A stretch of DNA of 64,000 bases from Candidatus Kerfeldbacteria bacterium (GTDB taxonomy: Bacteria > Patescibacteriota > Patescibacteriia > UBA9570 > XYC2-FULL-38-9): assembly GCA_016182555.1 (NCBI GenBank), contig JACPGJ010000008.1, forward strand, positions 156,272 to 220,271, given 5' to 3'. Below the pieces are notes generated by a model, which saw only the letters and a program-made list of their open reading frames with translations, did no database searches and was not told where the DNA came from. The stretch's first letter is position 1. Every line of letters begins with the position of its first letter. Below are positions 58,566 to 64,000 of the stretch, in pieces. Both the position numbers and the translations under genes were made by a program.

Positions 58566-59147
58566 TTACAGCTGTTGATTTGTGATATATGGGTGCACAA
58601 TAACAGTATTGCCATCAGTATACTCCACAATGCGAACACTGGCTTTGGGCTGATATCCTTCTGGCTGATTCACTGTGAGATCATCATGCAACGGCTGCTG
58701 ACACAAAAACTGATACAGAAAAAAGAGTGGATCTCCATGTGAACAAATAATGTAATTTTTGTCAGACTCAAATAGCGTTGTTGCCCAAAAATCAATCATT
58801 CTCTGTTGAACATCTTGCGGTGATTCACCACCAAGCGTAGGGACAAATTCATATAACGCTTTGCGCCAATTGTCGATTTCTCTATTCCCTTGATTTGCGC
58901 TAAATATTTCCGCTAATCGAATATCATAGTGTATAGGTATTGTGCTCGCAGCAATAATTTCAGCCGTTTGCTTGCATCGCAGCACAGGACTGGAATAGAT
59001 GGTTTCAATATGTTTATCCTGAAAAAATTGTTGCAAAATGCGCGCTTGTTCAATTCCATGTTCTGATAACTCTAACGGAAGACGCCCAGGAGAAATCTTC
59101 TCTGAATTTGAATACTGGACGTGCCGTACTAAATAGAATGTTGACAT
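58566..59147 (-). CDS. Histidine phosphatase family protein
   Basis: LVRH, YSSPVLRCKQTA, GGES and CSHGD. Confidence 0.88.
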   Translation of the reverse strand: MSTFYLVRHVQYSNSEKISPGRLPLELSEHGIEQARILQQFFQDKHIETIYSSPVLRCKQTAEIIAASTIPIHYDIRLAEIFSANQGNREIDNWRKALYEFVPTLGGESPQDVQQRMIDFWATTLFESDKNYIICSHGDPLFFLYQFLCQQPLHDDLTVNQPEGYQPKASVRIVEYTDGNTVIVHPYITNQQL

Positions 59148-59164
59148 ACTTTCATGCAGTTGAA

Positions 59165-59392
59165 TTATCCAATATACGTAAACCGTGGAACCCGCTTTCC
59201 ATCAACTGTCACCAACTCGCAAAACATACTTTTTGTTCTCACCCATAATGCATTCTCTCCGAAATCTGGTGATTCATACAATGCACGATACACAACCATT
59301 TCTTCCAATGTTTCACTGTGACGCGCAATACCAATCACTTCATATATTTTGCCTTTGTAATGTTGATATGTTCCCAAAACAACTTCTTGCAT
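59165..59392 (-). CDS. DUF1653 domain protein
   Basis: GTYQHYKG..YEV...ARHSETLEEMVVYRALY...LWVR...MF...PRF; start trimmed to MQEVV. Confidence 0.9.
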   Translation of the reverse strand: MQEVVLGTYQHYKGKIYEVIGIARHSETLEEMVVYRALYESPDFGENALWVRTKSMFCELVTVDGKRVPRFTYIG

Positions 59393-59397
59393 AAATA

Positions 59398-59670
59398 TTA
59401 TATATTGTATTTCCGTACCCACCACTTCTTGATAGCTGGAAGAGATTGTGTTGATAAAAAATATCCAACCACTGGAATCAACGCATTCAAATATACACGC
59501 TGCACTCCAATAATCCACATAACAAACGCAGCCACCACATAGGTAATTGCACATATCGAAAACACGCGGAACCAACTGGTCTCCCACGCTTTGTCTGCTT
59601 CCACTCGTTTGTTGCGTTTTTCAATTTTTTGAATTCGCTCTTCAAATTGTTGAATGATAGGTTCGTTCAT
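59398..59670 (-). CDS. Small conserved membrane protein
   Basis: RNKRVEADKAWETS, two TM helices and GYFLSTQSLP. Confidence 0.75.
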   Translation of the reverse strand: MNEPIIQQFEERIQKIEKRNKRVEADKAWETSWFRVFSICAITYVVAAFVMWIIGVQRVYLNALIPVVGYFLSTQSLPAIKKWWVRKYNI

Positions 59671-59690
59671 ATAGATATTATAGTTCTTTG

Positions 59691-60323
59691 TTATTTACTG
59701 CTTTCTGTGACAGCATACTGCACAATCTTATGCGCCAGTAAAAACTCTTTTATCTTCAAAAATATTTTTTTATGCCCATTGGAATTGGGGTGTAGACCAT
59801 CGTCGAGGTCATGTACTTCTAATACATCAAGCAAATGTACAAACGGTAATGTATATTCGGCACTCACTTTTTCGATAACCGAATTATATTTTGCGATAGT
59901 ATCGTTATCATAATACTTTTCTTCTGTTGACCATGGTATTGGCATAACTTTCAATTCATCAACTGTGTTCAGTCCGATAAAAACAATCTTGTCAGAAAAA
60001 TTTTTTGCCAGGTGTATTAATTTCATCAAGTTATCTTGAAACTTATCCAAAGATATACGCGGATTATCTTTCGTCTTGATATATTGTGAATCGTTTATCC
60101 CTATTGCAAAAATGATGATTTGCGGTTCACGTGCGGCACATTCAACGGTAAATCTTTCGAGCAAGTAGTCAGTATTATCGCCAGACACACCATTATTGTA
60201 AACCGTAATATCATAATCGTTCATTTCAAAATACCGTCGTAATTGAGCCACCCAGCCTCCATATTCAGAATCGGCAGCACCCCACGTTATACTATCGCCA
60301 AATATACACATTGTTTGTTCCAT
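59691..60323 (-). CDS. SGNH/GDSL hydrolase
   Basis: FGDSITWG, GVSG, IGIND and DGLHP. Confidence 0.92.
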   Translation of the reverse strand: MEQTMCIFGDSITWGAADSEYGGWVAQLRRYFEMNDYDITVYNNGVSGDNTDYLLERFTVECAAREPQIIIFAIGINDSQYIKTKDNPRISLDKFQDNLMKLIHLAKNFSDKIVFIGLNTVDELKVMPIPWSTEEKYYDNDTIAKYNSVIEKVSAEYTLPFVHLLDVLEVHDLDDGLHPNSNGHKKIFLKIKEFLLAHKIVQYAVTESSK

Positions 60324-60364
60324 AGAATAAAAATGTTATGTAAAGGATATTACATTTCTACTAT

Positions 60365-60841
60365 TCATAGTGTAATCTTCTCGAATATTTTTTCCACCGT
60401 TTCTTCAACGGTGAGACTGCTATTATCAATTTCATATCCCGCATGAATTTTTGTTGTTACCATGTGTACAAATCTCGCAGAATCTTCGCCGTACACTGTT
60501 GTTCTTTGCGAATCTCGTTCGATACATTTTTCTACGTCAGAGATAAGAGAAAAAATAATGACGTCGTTATGAAACTTCTTCTACAAATCATCAATCTGTT
60601 CTTGATAATAAAAACAACCATCAATAACAAAACAATTACTGTTTTTACTCGCAATATCAAAAATGATTTCATTTGCTTTGAGAAAGCTCTCAAACGGTAT
60701 ACCTTCATCTCCGGCAAGATTATTGCTATCAATAATTTCATCTAACGATAAATATTCAGCATGAAGTTTTTGCGCAACAATTTTTGAAATTGTTGTTTTT
60801 CCAACTCCGAGAGGTCCTCGAATGACTATGAGCTTATTCAT
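60365..60841 (-). pseudogene. P-loop (AAA) kinase with one in-frame TAG
   Basis: RGPLGVGKTT...QIDDL*KKFHNDVIIFSL...CIERDSQR...IDNSSLTVEETVEKI. The TAG is at 60581-60583 and the frame continues to TGA at 60365. Confidence 0.85.
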
Positions 60842-60880
60842 ATATATTTGCCTACCAATAATTCAATGATACTCCGTTTC

Positions 60881-61441
60881 CTATTGTAGAATCTTTTCCA
60901 ATAATTCAGGAAATTCTTCGGTTCCCATATCGTCTAAACAATAATGCCCTCGGCCTTGTAAGTTGATAATTTCACCACCCAGTGCTTCATGATACATGTC
61001 CAAACTTTTTTTACCGTCTTCTTTCTCATTGTTTGCAGTAAATAGAATGATTTTGTTTACCCTCCCCTGTATTGTCGCATCAATCGGATAGGTATAAAAA
61101 TCTCTGTCCGAACCCTTTCGTTTTCCTTGCGGAATTTTCCACGGTGCGACTAAAATAAGTTTAGCAATGTGCTTTTTTGTTTCACCAAGCCAGCGCACTA
61201 AAAATGAACAACCGCAACTATGTCCAATTAAAATTGTGTTTTCATCAACAACATATTTTTCAAATTCTGTTTTGAATTTTTCATAATCAGGTTGCCATGG
61301 CAAGGGCATGAGCGGAGTTTCTGTTTCTATGTTATTCGCAATCAAATTCTTTTTGATCCACGGTATCCAATGCTTATTGTAACTCGGATCTTTATCATCA
61401 GATGGGCATCCATGGATGATGATACATTTTTTTTTGACCAT
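60881..61441 (-). CDS. YdeN/RBBP9-family alpha/beta hydrolase
   Basis: IIHG, HWIPW, IGHSCG, ILVAP, GHY and EFPELL. Confidence 0.9.
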   Translation of the reverse strand: MVKKKCIIIHGCPSDDKDPSYNKHWIPWIKKNLIANNIETETPLMPLPWQPDYEKFKTEFEKYVVDENTILIGHSCGCSFLVRWLGETKKHIAKLILVAPWKIPQGKRKGSDRDFYTYPIDATIQGRVNKIILFTANNEKEDGKKSLDMYHEALGGEIINLQGRGHYCLDDMGTEEFPELLEKILQ

Positions 61442-61482
61442 ATTTACAGTATGTTTCAACAGGGTTTGCTGATGTGCCGCAA

Positions 61483-61731
61483 TTACTTACGCTTATTATG
61501 CATGTTGTCCATGCAGTAGTTGTATACCCAAGCAAACAAATATCCACCGAAAAAACCAAGAACAATCATGACGATGAATGCGAAAAAAGAGCCGCCAGCT
61601 GTTTGCCCCATCATTCCGTATGTACCAAATCTTGAATAGCCCATCATACCCATGCCTCCTCTTAAAAGGATGCAAAGAGCACTAATGGTTGCTGCAGCAC
61701 ATCCAAAGGCACCTTTGTGTAAATGATTCAT
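61483..61731 (-). CDS. Small two-TM membrane protein (DUF5676-like)
   Basis: Two hydrophobic segments, GMMG repeats and GYLFAWVYN. Confidence 0.6.
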   Translation of the reverse strand: MNHLHKGAFGCAAATISALCILLRGGMGMMGYSRFGTYGMMGQTAGGSFFAFIVMIVLGFFGGYLFAWVYNYCMDNMHNKRK

Positions 61732-61800
61732 ATAGTTTGTATTAAAAATAATCTTCTTTTATTGTATCATATTCACGCACCAAAAACAAAAAATTGGAAG

Positions 61801-62094
61801 CTAGGATTTCATTTTAAATGGTCGCTTATTGGCCTCTTGAAGAATTTTGAGCGTTGCATGCACTGAAAGGTTCTCACTCGGTAAGAGTACAAGTTTATCA
61901 TTGAGTCGATTCAGCAATGGACTTAAAAATTCATCCGCCCATGACGGTGACAATGTGAATATACCGGAAAAATCTATTTCCAGCTCTTCATCGGCAGATA
62001 ACTCGTGTAACGTTGGTTGAAACGCTTTAAACGCTTCGCTACCCAATTCTCGCGAGAGTAATGTTTTCCCAAATTTTTCTAGTTGTAATTTCAT
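61801..62094 (-). CDS. STAS-like DUF4325 domain protein
   Basis: FGKTLLSRELG and IDFSGIFTLSPSWADEF. Confidence 0.8.
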   Translation of the reverse strand: MKLQLEKFGKTLLSRELGSEAFKAFQPTLHELSADEELEIDFSGIFTLSPSWADEFLSPLLNRLNDKLVLLPSENLSVHATLKILQEANKRPFKMKS

Positions 62095-62222
62095 ATATTT
62101 TTATTGACTCAATGAACTAGAATGCTATTTTTGCCAAACATCCACACTACTTAAATCTACACAAGTGACTTATAAATCTACTCAAAAAAATGATAATCTA
62201 ACTATAAAACACCTAAAAATAC

Positions 62223-63281
62223 TCATTTTTCAAAAAGTATTGTACCATTGATCAACCGCTGCGCATTTTTGTAGGCAAACTTTTCTTGTACAGCAGGATC
62301 CAACTGTGCAATAAATGCTCGACCATAATCAGCAATTCCTAAACCCACGTCTTTATGCAATGTCCAGGCCGCAATACCCCCGCGGTCGGTTCCCCACATA
62401 AACTGATTCGGATGCGCTTCAATAACATCTTTCCAGGTCGCTATATCTTGGGCAAGCAACGTTTCATAATCATCAATCTTTTCTAAAAAGCTCTCTTTCG
62501 TTTCACCTTGATGCAATAAATACTGATCGCCATATAAATCGTTCACGGTAAAATAGATATTCGTATACGAATCCATCAGGGTACCAATCTCCTTCTCGAC
62601 TTGCTCTCCATGAACAACGAAGTTGATGTCAGGATTTTGTGCAAGCGCCGTTGCCAAATGATCCAATTGATCTTCTCCCGGGTGAAAATAAACCAACATC
62701 TTGTGTTTACGCACAACAGGATAAATCTTTTGGAAAATTTGAGCATCTGGTGGAAACACATTTTCCGGATTTTCAGGAGTCACATACAACCCGATCTCAC
62801 CATAGCCTTGAAACAATCCCGGACGATCCTTTAAAAAACGTTTTAATTCTTTTGCAGTAACAGTTGGTACCCCAGAAGTCCCTCCTGGTGGATTAATAAA
62901 TCGCACAAATCGTTTTGGATATTTTTTCTTGGCGTTGTCTGCTGCTTTATAAAACGGTTCGTAGTCGGCATCGTTGACATAGACGGGGAAAAACGAAAAT
63001 GCAGAACGTGTCCCTTCATACTGTAATGTACACGCAATGTCATCCAAATTCATGTCTTTGCGCAAAACCGGATTCTCGTTTCCAGAATCTGTCGGCGGTG
63101 GAATATGCAGATGTGTATCAATCAACCGGCCTGTGTAGTATTGTTCGACTTTTCCTTTTGTGCCCGGGTACTGACATTTGGATTTGATCACTTCTTTACC
63201 AGCCTGAACAGGTATAAACAAACTGCTATTTGAAACAAGCAAGGTAAAAATAAAAATCACAAATAATACGTATCGTCTCAT
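62223..63281 (-). CDS. Secreted amidohydrolase_2 family metallohydrolase
   Basis: Signal peptide, IDTHLH, GYGEI, YFHP, VVHG, WGTD and AYKNAQRL. Confidence 0.85.
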   Translation of the reverse strand: MRRYVLFVIFIFTLLVSNSSLFIPVQAGKEVIKSKCQYPGTKGKVEQYYTGRLIDTHLHIPPPTDSGNENPVLRKDMNLDDIACTLQYEGTRSAFSFFPVYVNDADYEPFYKAADNAKKKYPKRFVRFINPPGGTSGVPTVTAKELKRFLKDRPGLFQGYGEIGLYVTPENPENVFPPDAQIFQKIYPVVRKHKMLVYFHPGEDQLDHLATALAQNPDINFVVHGEQVEKEIGTLMDSYTNIYFTVNDLYGDQYLLHQGETKESFLEKIDDYETLLAQDIATWKDVIEAHPNQFMWGTDRGGIAAWTLHKDVGLGIADYGRAFIAQLDPAVQEKFAYKNAQRLINGTILFEK

Positions 63282-63287
63282 ACCCCC

Positions 63288-63315
63288 ATAATATTCTTCT
63301 AAAATTACTTGTCAA
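63288..63315 (-). promoter_or_regulatory. Sigma70 promoter, leaderless geometry
   Basis: TTGACA-16 nt-TATTAT, then 6 nt to the ATG. Confidence 0.6.
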
Positions 63316-63375
63316 TTTTTTAAAATACTGAAAAGCAAAATTTCGTGTGGAAAAGCAAATCCTTGGTTAAAATAT

Positions 63376-64000
63376 TTACGCAATTTGTTGTTTTAACACA
63401 TTCAACATTTTAGAGGTAATCTCACTATTGGTAATTTCTACTCGAGCAAGACACTGATTAGATGCATTCGAATAAGTAACAAAATAACATCTATTCTCAT
63501 CATCAATCTGAATTCCGTATGAATCGATCCAGGATGGAAGGGAAGGATCATTTTTTATTATCTCATCTAAATACTGTTGATAACTCCAATCACCAAAAAA
63601 ATTCAATTCACCTGTTTCCCACATGTTTAATGGACTATTTCTATGAAAAACGACTCTGGTTTTTTGAGATTCTACTGTACGTTGAGATAGTGCTTGAGAA
63701 AATATTGGTTCCAACGTCTCTATAAGCTGTTGAATAGTCATTTTAATATTTTTCTGAATACCGTGTGCCCTTAAATCATCAAATGCTTCTGGATGATCTG
63801 CATATAAAGAATGTAGTATCTCCTTGATTAATTCCGGTGAGCTAGGAAAGCTTTCTGATATTTTTGCCAGCACTGAGGCAAATATATACTCTTTATTTTG
63901 TGCAAAAAATTCTTGATATAACACCTGAATATCTTTGATTGGTAATACTGTTTCTTGCCAGCCTTGTCGAGCATCACTGGCACCAATGAGTACTGATTGA
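63376..64000 (-). CDS. Hypothetical protein, 5' end beyond the window
   Basis: The frame stays open from the GTG at 63924 to the right edge (QSVLIGASDARQGWQETVLPIKDIQ...). Confidence 0.6.
   Translation of the reverse strand, partial: QSVLIGASDARQGWQETVLPIKDIQVLYQEFFAQNKEYIFASVLAKISESFPSSPELIKEILHSLYADHPEAFDDLRAHGIQKNIKMTIQQLIETLEPIFSQALSQRTVESQKTRVVFHRNSPLNMWETGELNFFGDWSYQQYLDEIIKNDPSLPSWIDSYGIQIDDENRCYFVTYSNASNQCLARVEITNSEITSKMLNVLKQQIA

Noticed and set aside
49589-60841. Stop-codon reassignment (code 25 or amber recoding) suggested by two in-frame stops
   Set aside because: The two stops differ (TGA and TAG). All long conserved genes are uninterrupted, TGA and TAG both end intact genes, and the TGA sits at an Arg-like rather than a Gly position.
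49589-62094. Classical integron cassette array
   Set aside because: No intI is present. Many spacers are under 40 bp or the genes overlap, and I found no RYYYAAC...GTTRRRY palindromes.
1-64000. tRNA, rRNA or tmRNA genes
   Set aside because: I saw no T-loop/cloverleaf or rRNA signatures in the intergenic gaps; tRNAscan-SE and Infernal would be needed to exclude them fully.

Overview
This is a 64-kb bacterial chromosomal segment, about 40% GC by eye, using the standard genetic code (TGA ends mgtA, for example). Its gene content points, by inference, to a Patescibacteria/CPR genome, probably Parcubacteria/ABY1: TrmB regulator, DUF5671, short MutY, archaeal-type PGI/PMI and Lys-rich Fn3 surface proteins. 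Bases 1-49.5 kb are mostly housekeeping, envelope and stress genes, including udk, mutY, mgtA, typA, ansA, msrA, deaD, engB and two ABC systems. Bases 49.6-62 kb form an AT-richer array of about 20 short, mostly co-oriented accessory genes with pseudogenes and gene fragments between them. The most notable items are: (1) a GC-rich stand-alone gene whose 3' end looks like a diversity-generating retroelement (DGR) variable region, with a structured leader and downstream hairpins but no RT or template in the window; (2) a cyclodipeptide-synthase-like gene coupled to a SAM methyltransferase; (3) a MutS-HNH fusion (MutS7 architecture); (4) a CoaD-CoaE fusion; (5) an unannotated 23-aa CxxC/CPxCG microprotein; (6) repeated leaderless-mRNA promoter geometry. 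I saw no rRNA, tRNA, CRISPR array, integrase or transposase. All calls come from motif recognition by eye, with no database searches.
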